Shown here in pieces: positions 1 through 10,806 of a stretch of DNA of 64,000 nucleotides. The translations under genes were made by a program, and so were the position numbers. Position 1 is the first letter of the stretch. Every line of letters begins with the position of its first letter. The notes under the pieces are model-generated. The model saw only the letters and a program-made list of their open reading frames with translations, made no database searches and had not been told where the DNA came from. Where the stretch lies: positions 1,881,182 through 1,945,181 of the forward strand of contig CAJINV010000010.1 in the NCBI GenBank assembly GCA_905178155.1, written 5' to 3'. Source of the stretch: Amoebophrya sp. A120. Lineage: Eukaryota; Protista; Dinoflagellata.

Positions 1-131
1 CCAATTCTTAACCCGTAGCAGGACAATAGTCGGCTTCCATTGCACCCTCTGCAATACAGTCTTTTTTGCGTCGCATTTCATGCATCACAAATTATTTCCA
101 CGTTGAGGATTTCCATTCTGAGGCTTTCATA

Positions 132-3100
132 CTGCATCGCTTCTTTGGTCAGGGGCTTGAGCTTCGGGTGCTTCTCCACCTTGTCGCTCTTTTCTTCGTC
201 GCTGGACCAGTCCATCTTGATGCTTATGTTTGTGTGCGAAGCAAATTTTCCGCTACTAGATTCTGCAGGCGGACCCTCACGAAACCAGGAACATACGAAA
301 GTATCCAACTTCCAGGATCGTGACCGTGCTATTTTATTCTTGTCGCAATAGTGGAAGTGGACGTCGCGATAATTGTCGCAATAAAAAAGGTAGCTTTTGA
401 TGTCGCCAGAATTTTAACGTAGATAAATGCGTGCCGCTGATAGATACATTAGAAAGCTTTCCACGAATAGCGAGCGCTTCAGACAGCAGGATCCAGAGGG
501 ACAAAATCAGGGCACCCCCCCATACATCTTGTGGCAAAAAGCCAAATGGGATCTTGGTGCTTGTTTTAGTTTTCCGTTTCAGCATCTCGGCTAATATTTG
601 TATGTGCAAGTGGCACCATTCGAGCATGTGCTAGAACATGATCTGGTCTAGTACTTCTAGGTGTAATAAAATTCAAAAGAATCGATCTTGTTGTGTTCTT
701 AGTCGTTGACCTTTAGACTTCTAGCACGACGCTCTGAGAATGTGTTTTCAATCTGCATCTACAGTTCATTGGTAGAAGAAATCATCCATATTACACGACA
801 GAATTTGAATTGCAGAGGATGAACATCATCGACAGGCTGGATGGCACACGCTCCTGCTGATGAAGTTTTTTTCATCCTTGCATCAAACACGGGGCCAAAG
901 CCGCCTCGTATCATGTTGATCTTGTATACGAGCCTAGTTGTACAGCGCGAGGACATATCATCATACATCAAGTTCATTTCATCTGTGGGTAGAACGACTA
1001 CCTGTATTTGTACCTCGGTTTCTTTTTCGTCAGAATGAGGAATTCGATTTCAGCAAGACCAATTATAGCCTGAATAGCAACGTAGAACAAGGATGATTCT
1101 TGTCAACATGCTATCCACGCATAATCATAGCACTATTGTCATTCTATCCACGCAAGATCATGGGATTTGGTGCTGCCCTCGCTGAGTTGCCGGTCCGGAC
1201 CGGCGCGTGCGGCTTGGACATCAACCTGATAGTGTTCATCAATATGAAAGGCAATGTAGAAGTCTGTCTGTCATGCAGCTCTCGCATGAAAAAACGAAAT
1301 TGTCATCCTGCTTTCTGCATTACAACAAAAGTCACATCTTATGATTATACGAGTTCGACGCGAATGGGTTGTCCGCACTGGTCGCGTTGCTGTTGCTAAT
1401 TCCGGCGAATCCACCGCCACCGCCACCACCGCTCATCTGTCGACCCCAAGAACCGTATGAAAGCCTCAGAATGGAAACCCTCAAAGTGGAAATACAAATA
1501 ATTTGTGATGCATGAAATGCAAGGCAAAAAAGATTCTATTGCAGAGGACACAATGGAGACCGACTGTTGTCCTGCTAGGGGTTCAGAATTGGGCTGCTGA
1601 TTAGCACGAGAGAAGGGCACCCCTTTGCCCACCTAGCATGACAGACATGCTTTGAGTGCCCGGAAAATTTGTCATGCGCCAATTAAAAATGGCGCTTCAA
1701 CTGGAGTCGTTTTTTTGCATTGCAAATTATTTTCACTTTTAGGATTTCCAACCTGAGGCTTTCATACACCGCCGCTGCTTGATCCACCGCCACCACCGCC
1801 CCACTGAGGAAGCTTACTCACGTTGTTGTGTCAAATGTAAAAATGTCTGGGTCTGGAAGATTCTGAGACTTGTGATGCATGTTTTGCATGACCCAGGACG
1901 TCTATAATGCACGCCCTAGCATCGCAGATCTTTAGAGGGCTTCATGATGCCTACTCCGCATGACAAGAAACACCCTCCCCGCGTAGCACAAACTAGACTC
2001 CTGTTGCTGGTCATGCAATACAGAGTTTCTTAGAGTCCGAAGGTAGCATCCCAAGTTCCAACCTTCCAGACCCAGACATTTTTGCATTTGATATATTGTT
2101 AGTATTAACCACTCGTCTCGTGATACTGCCCGGAGGGCGGCTGGAGCGGGTTTGGGATGAGGCAGAAGAAGGACCACCGGAACCTGAAAATTAGTCAACA
2201 ACTTCGCACTGCTACTGCTTGGCTTTGTCATGCCAGCAACGCAACCACAAGGCAAGTTGTAAAAATGCTCGAGTAAGTACAAGCACACGATGGATCTCCA
2301 TCTCCTACCCCTACCTAATAAATAAAGACTACCCCCTCCCGGTCCACTCGGCGTCCCCCCTCGTCGTCCCGCCAGACTGGACACTGGATTTTGCGTCGTC
2401 GGTTTTCGTAGAACGCTGCTCATCTTCTTCCCAGGTGTAACAGTACTACTAGTTGTCACCGCAGAGAAAGGCGCATTGGCCGCTCGGTTGATTCTGTTCG
2501 CGTGCGCGGTTACATCGGATAATGTGCTCCTCGCGCTAGAGCCACTATTCGACGTCCTGGACCCATTTGGCGTTCTCCTTTGCAATCTGCTCGCATTCGT
2601 GCTACCGTTGAAAGAACCAGGTGCAGCACCGCTCGATGTGTGTCTCCTGGCCGCGCGAATGGCTTCCCGAAACGCCATAGATTTCTCGCGCCAACTCGTC
2701 TGCGGGACTCGTGCGGGCGCTCGAGCGGTAGTGTTCGAGGTGCCGGGTTGGGTGCGTGACTGCGAGGAAGATATCCTATGTAAAAACGTCCCCACCCCAT
2801 AGTCAAGATGGGGAATCGGCTAGACAAATCCACACCACAAGTTTTCGTTTTGGCTGTTTTGCATGAAAAATTTGGACTCGTAGCGTAGTGCTGTTTGAGC
2901 TAGCTCAACAGCATGACATATCTAGCATATCATGCAGCTTGGAGAATGCCCAATTGCAAAACACGACTAGAAAATGCTGCTCATGGGGATCCGCATGAGA
3001 AACATTCTGAGCATGCAGATTTGGATTACAACTCTGGGGTGGGGACGTTTTTAGATACGATAGAAGACGATGCACCCCCTCTCGTCGCACCACCACCTCC

Positions 3101-3706
3101 CCTCTTGTTCTTCAACGGTGGCGGCATCCCGAAGCACCCATCGCTAGCGTAGGAATCAAAAGTCCCGCCGCCCCCAAAACTGCTCCCGTCAGTGGGCACG
3201 CGGTGCTTGGCGCTGTTGTACACTCGTCGCTTCTTCATCTTCGCGTTCGTCTTCATGCAGATCTGTTCGTGTTTCTGGATCCGGTCTATGGAGTTCTCAA
3301 GTGTTACACTCTCAACTGTTACATGAATTTGCAATGCAAGACTGGCAAAACAAGTGAAAGGAGGAAGACTGCGCCTTTTGCATTACAAGTTCGGCGCAGA
3401 TTTAGGTGCGGCTTAGCCCCCTTCGCAAATTTGTCATGGGGAGCAGCTTGATCGTGAGGATGGTGATGGTGTTTTTGCATGACAAATTCATGTAACAGTT
3501 GAGAATGTAGCGTTTGAGAACGCCATACGGTCCGGCAGAAACGTTCGGTTGCAAACGCGGCAGGGGACCAGCCCGGTCGGGATCATTGGGGGCTGCGCTG
3601 TGGCAGCAGCTTCGGTGGCGTAGATGTTGTAGGCACCAGCGTTTTGCTGGTTTTCTTTGTTCTGCATGTTAGTGCCCAGCATCTTGTTCCGAGGGTTGTT
3701 CATCAT
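132..3706 (-). CDS. ZC2HC1/FAM164-like C2HC zinc-finger protein, multi-exon; both ends uncertain (possible upstream exons to ~7.7 kb, 3' end may run off the window)
   Basis: Removing element 3287-3527 plus one TSD joins LVPCRVCNRTFLPDR to IQKHEQICMKTNAKMKKRRVYNSAKHR (zf-C2HC_2 pattern followed by a basic motif). A downstream exon has SWREKSMAFREAIRAARR, resembling the FAM164 'WRxKHEEFIxxIRAAK' motif. Confidence 0.65.
1456..1766. mobile_element. Introner family E (other copies 1-131 partial, 6830-7137)
   Basis: TIR TATGAAAGCCTCAG..GGAAA; flanks AACCG/CACCG. Confidence 0.85.
1829..2093. mobile_element. Introner family A
   Basis: TIR T(G/A)TCAAATG.AAAAATGTCTGGGTCTGGAAG; flanks TGTTG/TATTG. Confidence 0.8.
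2772..3062. mobile_element. Introner family D
   Basis: TIR TATC.TAT.TAAAAACGTCCCCACCCCA; TSD GAAGA. Confidence 0.88.
3287..3527. mobile_element. Introner family J, splitting the zinc finger (second copy 28957-29198)
   Basis: TIR TATGG.GTTCTCAA..CTCAACTGTT; TSD CGGTC; removal restores PDRIQKH. Confidence 0.9.
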
Positions 3707-4260
3707 CTTCGCCGAAGAAGAAGAAGAGGAAGGGTATCCACAGAAATTTTACCGCCACCGCCAAAAATCGCAAAAAAGCCACAACTTTTCAATTAAAAAA
3801 ATAAAAAAACTTGTCGTGGTAGTTAGTAAGGTCGCCGACGTAATCTAGTAGCTCGAAGTCGCTAGTGATGTCCAGTGGAAGCGCACTATGTAGATGAAAA
3901 TAAACTAGCTAGGCCCGAACAGCGATCCGGGCGAAGAAGGTGGCACCCGAGTCCCGCAGCACCTGCTCCCCGCTGCAGAATGCTGCGGGCCCAAGTCGTA
4001 GTCCGGGCGGGCTGTTGCCTGGTCTTTTGGCTGGCTGAGCTGGGTATATCGGTCGCCCAGCCTGACAGTGGAGGGGCAGCTGAGATCTGCCAGCCATGAG
4101 CTTTGCTTCAGAAAATGCCACATGGCGGTAAAGTTTCTGAGGCCGTTAGCTCGTGGTAAATTTTACCGCCACGCTCAGTTTTCGACTTGACGAAAAAAGT
4201 GAGATTTTTCTGAAAAGATCCCAGAACTTTTCCAAATCTGCTTTTTTCCACGAAGTCATG

Positions 4261-4558
4261 TTTTTTTCTGGCGGTAAAAATAATCACGGTGGTATGGCCT
4301 CAAAAATTTTACTGCCATGAGGCAACTTCTAAAAGAAAATGGCGATTTTTTGACTTTCCAAATCCACCGTAGCACCGGTAGAATTTTTACCGCCACGATT
4401 TTAATGGAAAATCAATGAAAAAGTGGCGGTAAAATTTCCACCGGTGCTATGCTGAGATTTTGGAGTCAAAAGCGAGCATTTTCTAGAAGAAAATGCGTCG
4501 TGGCGGTAAAATTTTTGAGGCCGTAGCACCGTGATTATTTTTACCGCCAGAAAAAAAC
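4261..4558. repeat. Foldback palindrome rich in AAATTTTTACCGCCAC copies, within a ~1.1-kb insert (3735-4823)
   Basis: Arms TTTTTTTCTGGCGGTAAAAATAATCACGGTG... and ...CACCGTGATTATTTTTACCGCCAGAAAAAAA are reverse complements, centred near 4410. Confidence 0.85.
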
Positions 4559-4887
4559 ACTATTCTCCGACATTTTCTGATTTTTTCTGAAAATTTTTGT
4601 GATTTGTCCTGTCGCAAAAGACGACAGGCAACAATTTTGTGCCAGCTGAGCTGCCGGGCCACCAAATCATCTCCGAACCCATGAAACGATCAGCCCAGGC
4701 CCCTCGCTTTCGCCCCATGTCGCCACACGGTGGCGCGGCGACATGGTGGCCGCGAAATGGACCAAAAAGGGTAGGCACCTCCAGCGACCAACACCTGGCG
4801 GACCTTCCAGCCGAGGGTACCTCCATCTTGTTCCGAGGGTTGTTCATCATCTTCGCGGAAGATGAAGAAGAGGAAGGGTGCTGCTGT

Positions 4888-5570
4888 TATCGAAAGAAAA
4901 AGTGTAGACGTCGACGGTTTTAAGAAAATGCAACAAAAAAAATTTTGTGACCACCCTAGAGGATCTTGCGAATGCCATAAAAAGACGTGCTCACATGGCT
5001 AGCTATTGCGGGACTCCTTTGTAGCTTAATTCAGTTGCGCTAGCTAGTGCAAAAGGTCTGGGCGCCGTCCTGCTGATCCATCAAGTGCCGTTCGAGGAGA
5101 CCCGTCTGGACAGCCACTGTTCCTGGCCCGGGGTCGTAACGCCCAAGAAACAGGTCGGCTGGGTGGAGTCTGCAACTTTCCGGCTGAGAGTCAGGCAGTT
5201 CTCCGGTGGGAACGTCAGCAGGGTCTCTCTGCGAGAGGGCTGGGCCGCCGCAAATATGCATAGGGCGTCTCCAATGCGCTCGTCTTTTCCGGGTGCCCTA
5301 CTCATGCAAAGTTTTTCAACGTTGCGACCGGGTCCAGGAGGTGGCACCGACGTGGAGGCGAAACAGGGTCAAGCTGCACAATTTGCCTTCCGTGGCTGGC
5401 GACCTTTCGCACTAGTTATCTAAATTCAACGCAGCTACATTGGAGTCCCACGGTAGCTAAGATCATGGCCTACTTGATTTACACCTATTCAAAATTCCTA
5501 CAGGGCACGTAAAAAATTTTTTTTTCGAAAAATTGAAAAACCGTCTACGTCTACACTTTATCTTGTGATA
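4888..5570. mobile_element. 683-bp TIR element of the same TAT...ATA / 5-bp TSD class
   Basis: Left end TATCGAAAGAAAAAGTGTAGACGTCGACGGTTTT versus right-end reverse complement TATCACAAGATAAAGTGTAGACGTAGACGGTTTT; TSD GCTGT. Confidence 0.85.
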
Positions 5571-5649
5571 GCTGTGGGTTGTTCATCATCTTCGCCGAAG
5601 AAGAAGAAGAGGAAGGGTGCTGTTGTCTACTTTGTGCTCCCGAAGGAGT

Positions 5650-5914
5650 TATCAAATGCAAAAATGTCTGGGTCTGGAAGGATGCAAGGTTTGTCATGCA
5701 GCACACTTTGCATGACTCCTGAAGTCTGTGACGCAGGCTCTAGCATCACAGATTTTGTGAAGGCTTCCTGATGCCTATAACGCATGAGAAATGTTCTCTT
5801 GCCGTGGCAAAAACTGCACCTCTTTTGCTGTTCACGCAATACAGGTTTTTGTAGAATCCAGATGCAGCATCACAAGTTGCATTCTTCCAGACCCATACAT
5901 TTTTGCATTTGATA
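5650..5914. mobile_element. Introner family A
   Basis: ~30-bp TIR; flanks GGAGT/GAAGT. Confidence 0.88.
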
Positions 5915-5961
5915 GAAGTGGGGAAAACATTATTTCCTCCACCGTCGACCGCCTGTCGTGC

Positions 5962-6223
5962 TATCAAATGTAAAAATGTCTGGGTCTGGAAGAATGCAAC
6001 TTGTGATGCTGAATTTGGATTCCAAAAAAATCTGTATTGCATGAACAGCAAAGGGAATGCAATTTTTGCTACGCGGAGAGGGCATTTGTCATGCGGAATA
6101 GGCATCGCGAAGCCCTCAAAAAATCTGTGATGCTAGGGCATGCATCACAGGCATCATGGCCAATGTAAAACATGCATGACAAGTCTCAGAATCTTCCAGA
6201 CCCAGACATTTTTACATTTGATA
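5962..6223. mobile_element. Introner family A
   Basis: TIR TATCAAATGTAAAAATGTCTGGGTCTGGAAGA; TSD CGTGC. Confidence 0.92.
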
Positions 6224-6454
6224 CGTGCCTGCCGAAGCCGATTCACGGTTCCAATTGCCGAGGACTCATAGAAGCCCCCGCTGCTGCCACCACCTCCGAA
6301 AAAGCTGTTTGGGTCCACAGTGTCACCGCGGAGGCTCGAGGCAAAATTCGCGTTCGCGTTTTGCTCGGGGTCGCCAGCACCAAAGCCGTTTCCGTTCTTC
6401 AATTGCCTATCCATAAACGTCTTCGCGCACTGCTTCCGGTGAAAGGGGAGGGAG

Positions 6455-6776
6455 TATCAAAGTGAAAAATCCCCCCTCCCCATAGTGAAGCGGGAACTTC
6501 TGTTGCTGGATTTGTGTACACAAATCAGGCCTGTCTTGCAGTGAGGCATTACAGGCAAAGCCTCAGCCTGCGTAGGGGTGTTTTGTTGTAGGCACTTAGC
6601 ATAGCAGAGGCCTGCCATGTAGATGAAATAGCATTACAAATCGCCTCCATAAGGTGGCGGATTCTTTGGATTTGCCTTCTTGCAAGAGAGACAGGATTTG
6701 TGGTCACAAATCAGCCTCACAAATTTTTAGGAACATACCTTTTCAATATGGGGAGGGGGGATTTTTCCTTACAATA
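6455..6776. mobile_element. Introner family F (second copy 45976-46296)
   Basis: TIR with AAATCCCCCCTCCCCATA; TSD GGGAG. Confidence 0.88.
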
Positions 6777-6829
6777 GGGAGCTCGGGAAAAACCGGCCCC
6801 CGCAGATGTCGCACGCCACGTCGCGGGGT

Positions 6830-7137
6830 TATGAAAGCCTCAGGTTGGAAATCCTCAAAGTGGAAATAATTTGTAATGCAAAAAAAACGACTCCAGTTGA
6901 GGCGGCATGTGTAGTCGGCGCATGACAAATTTCCCGGGTACTTAAAGCATGTCTGTCATGCAGGTTCAGGCAAAGGGGTGCCCTTCTGTCATGCTAAGTA
7001 GCACGACAATTCTTCACCCCTAGCAGGACAGTAGTCGGCCTCAATTGCGTCCTCTGCAATACAGTCTTTTTTGTCGTCGCACTTCATGCATCACAAACCA
7101 TTTCCACTTTGAGGATTTCCATTCTGAGGCTTTCATA
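6830..7137. mobile_element. Introner family E
   Basis: ~45-bp TIR; TSD GGGGT. Confidence 0.9.
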
Positions 7138-7383
7138 GGGGTGGCATTTTCCGAGTCGCAACGGTTGGTCTGCTTACTTTTGGTCCTCGGATACTTAATA
7201 ACCCTTGGCCTGCTCAGTGTCAGGATCAGGATGTGATTGTGAATAAAGTCGAGCGAAGACGGCAGAAAGTAGAGCACGTGGCGCGGTTCACCTGTAATCT
7301 GCTCTACGTTGATGACGGCGTTTTGAATCTCCGCAAGAGATGGATCAGAAGTGGGACAAGAACCAACACCACCGCGAGCGCGA

Positions 7384-7691
7384 TATGGATGAGTCAGGTT
7401 TGATATCGTCAAAGTTGAAATAACTTGTAATGCATAAAATCGATACCAATTGGACCCACAGTTTCTAGTCGGCGCATGACAAATTTTATCCGTACCGGAG
7501 GCCAGTTTGTCATGCTGTTTCGGGCAAAGGGGCTCCCCTCTGTCATGCTAATCAGCAGCCCAATGCTTGACCCTTACCAGCACTACAATCTACTTCCCTT
7601 GCGTCCTCTGCAATAGAGGCAATTTCTGCGTTGCATTTTATGCATGACAAAGTATTTCAACTTTGACGATTTCAAACCTGACACTTCCATA
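7384..7691. mobile_element. Introner family C
   Basis: TIR TATGGA.G.GTCAGG.TTGA.ATCG.CAAAGTTGAAA; flanks CGCGA/CACGA. Confidence 0.85.
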
Positions 7692-8550
7692 CACGACATA
7701 CAGAATGTATCTCGCGTGAATCTCAATTTTGAAATGTTTCTTCTTCGATTGCACTATTGCAATCGATCATAAGTAGACACTCCAGTTTTTACAATATGTC
7801 TATATTGATCGTTTCGATGTGAAAAAACCTCATCCCTTCAGGAAAACGCAGCCACTTCAGCTCGATAATATCAATGCAGCAAGATGTACGCGTAGGTGGA
7901 GGTCCTGCATGCGATAGAGAGTATTAAGTCACAACACACGTTTCTTCACACCCAAGCCCTTGCGCTTGCACAGCTAACGCTCACTCGTTTTCGGATTATG
8001 ATGATGCGTAGTTGTGCCCTAAGTATAAAAAGCTCCTTTTGCATCACACACACAAACACCAAGGCGCGCTCATATGAAATACGTACAAATGCTTCTTTTT
8101 TTCTTCCAAAACACCTCATACCGACTCGGAGCCTTCCTCGAACACGGAAGATGCTGGTCATTATTTAGGCAACACGATCATGGCGCTGCCTTTTTGAACA
8201 ACTACGGACGGGTCTACTCCGCATTGCTTGTTCACAAAATTTTCCTATCGGGCAAGGTTTGTGGTCTATTAGATTTTTGTCAAGCACGTTCAAGTATGTG
8301 TATGTGTAGCTCTAGGTCTAGCTACCACCTCTAAAAATGCGGTTTCTAGTCTTTCAGGTTTTTTTTTTTCCCAGGGAATCTTGTCTTTGAGTTCATCTAC
8401 ATACACCTAATATCATACATCAAAATGAAAGTGCGGTCTTTTGGATAATTTTACACAGTTTTTCTTTTTACTTCGTCTGGGTCTTCTTCATCTTCTTCTT
8501 CAAGATGTATGCTTATATTGCCTATCTATAACAAGACAAATTTTATTTAC

Positions 8551-8770
8551 ATCGGATGTCGATAAATATTACTAAACAAATGGAAGGGCGTCCCCGGACC
8601 CCCTGTTGAATCCGCAAAATGCTGAGGGTCGTGCTAATAATTCCTCAACTTCCTCGCGCTCGCTCTTTTTCCCTCGAGAAGAATGTCCGGCGCGCCCTTC
8701 GTTTTTTTTCAAAAGATTCAAAGGGGGCGCGGGGGTCCGAAAGTTCAAGAATATTTATCGACATCCGATA
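8551..8770. mobile_element. Small MITE-like inverted-repeat element
   Basis: ATCGGATGTCGATAAATATT ... AATATTTATCGACATCCGAT; true ends and TSD not resolved. Confidence 0.6.
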
Positions 8771-8856
8771 GAATCTGTTGCCCAGCAGGACAAGTGGCAG
8801 CAAATGCGCAAGCACACAGGAGGGCAAGCACACAGGATGCGCAAGCACACAAAAAC

Positions 8857-9879
8857 AGTACTTTGGACCAGAAGTGCCCCTATTGCTACCTGTTGCGGAT
8901 AGAGGTGAAACAGATGTGCAAAGTTCTAAAACTGCATCGATCTGGCCGCGTTTTGGCACTGCGGTCCGCCTCCTCGGAGCTCTTTTTTTCTCGTCTTAGG
9001 TCTCGGGGTGCCGCGCTCGGTTTTTTTTAGCGGATTCGCTCATGGGAGATTTTGCTGCAGCGCCGAAAATTATAAACATGAAGCGCCGGCCCTTTTTTTT
9101 ATGAAAGCACGCGAGGCGAAGTGAGTAGGACAACCTCCTCCGCGCGCGCAGTGCGCGCGAAAATTTTGTTTCATCTCGCCCCCGCTGCCGCGGATATTTT
9201 TTCTCTGGTTCCGCCCGGCGGCAGGCCGGCAGCAGCTGTGAGGCACCCGCGCGGCAGCTGTGCAACAGCCCGCGCAGCAGCCGGAATCAGGTGCGCAACA
9301 AGTGTGCAACAAGTGCGCAACAAGTGTGCAACAAGTCCGGATGGGTGTGAAATAAGTTCGTTTTCTTTTAGAAAGCGACTTATTTCACACCTATCCGCAC
9401 TTGTTGCGCACTTGTTGCGCACTTGTTGCACACTTATTGCGCACTTATTTCACACCTCTCTCACACCTGTGTAACATTTGTCGCGAGCCTGCCCTCAACC
9501 GGCCTCACACCTGTCTCGCAGCCATGCCGCAGGTCCCGCGCAGCGCGGCCGGCGTTGGGGCCGGGCTGTTGCACGGCTGTCGCACAGCTGTCCGCGAGGC
9601 CTCTCTTTTGCCACCCTTGAAAAAGTTTGGGAGCCGGGGGCCTGGCTCTTGACCCGGGCCCGGTGAACCGGTCGGCCCACGCTCGCCCTAGGCAACCCCA
9701 ACGCGCGATGGCCCGCGACCACGCGTCTAGTCGATTACTTCTCGCCGTGCTGTGCATTGTGAAAACGCGACGGCCCATGCGGAACGGGCCACCCCTTTCG
9801 TCCAGCTGGAGATTTCTGCAATACTATTTCACCTCTATCCGCAGAGTAATCCTATAGGGTGCTTTGGGGCCAAAGTACT
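8857..9879. mobile_element. ~1-kb foldback element with imperfect TIRs and central inverted 11-bp tandem arrays
   Basis: AGTACTTTGG..GCGGATAGAGGTGAAA pairs with TTTCACCTCTATCCGC..CCAAAGTACT. (GCAACAAGTGY)n and (ACTTGTTGCRC)n face each other about 9369, which is the element midpoint. Confidence 0.75.
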
Positions 9880-10806
9880 TCTATGACTACGCGTGCGTAG
9901 CAGTATAATGCGCTGTCCTCGCCGTCGTCCAACCTCGTGGTCCATCAATAATTTCTATAACGCGATCAACTGTTAAATCAAAAAATATTTTCAAATTTTT
10001 CTTTAAGTATCGGAAAGCGCGCGCGCAGAAGCCCACCAGAATCGGCGAGCAAAGAATCCGCACACAGCGCACAGATCTTGAGCATTCAAACTGACTTATG
10101 CTAGAGTCGGGCGCCGAGTGTGAGCCCTCGACCGGTCGCACAGTTGTGCCGCACTGTGTCCCTCGGGGAGGTCCCCCGGGGAGGTCCCGAAGCAGCACAA
10201 ATCCAAAGCAATGCAGGTCGAATTGCCTCAGAGCAACAGGCATGCCAGGGCTGGCCTTGTGGATCCCCATCCTTGCTCCGCCGCCGCCAGTGGGGCAGCA
10301 AGGCTTTTGCGCCATGTTCCGACGCACTCCTCTGTCCGCGGCGCGGGTGACGGCAGTCTTATGGCCGGCTTCGCGTCTGGTAATTTGGCAATGCCTCTGA
10401 CGGCTTGTCTTCCCATCCCGCTGCGATCCAGGCCCTGCCCCCGTGCCAAGGCAGGAGCTCAAATGATCCGGGTCTACTAGGAAGGGAGCAGAGCCATGCC
10501 TTCGAGCGGGGTGCGGGCTTCTAAGGCCACACGGCTGCGGCGGCGCCACTCGCCGCGTGTCAGACAGCATCCCGCTGGGGTCGTGGCATGCCTTGCTGGA
10601 GGGCTTTTGCGGAGCTCTTGCGCAGTTGCCCCCCGAAGCCACTTCCCGACAGGCGATTTTTTTGGCAGTAAAATGCGCTGTCCTCGCCGTGGTCGTCCAA
10701 CCTCGTGGTCCATAAATTTCACAATTATACAGTGAGAACCGTCAACATGTATCGATTTTTGCTTTCAAAGCTTTATTTAATTAGAAGGCGTCGTCCCGTT
10801 GTTCTT

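Noticed and set aside
5565-6130. Many short ORFs with recurring peptides ([32 protein letters not shown])
   Set aside because: These are translations of introner TIRs in various frames, not a repeat-protein family.
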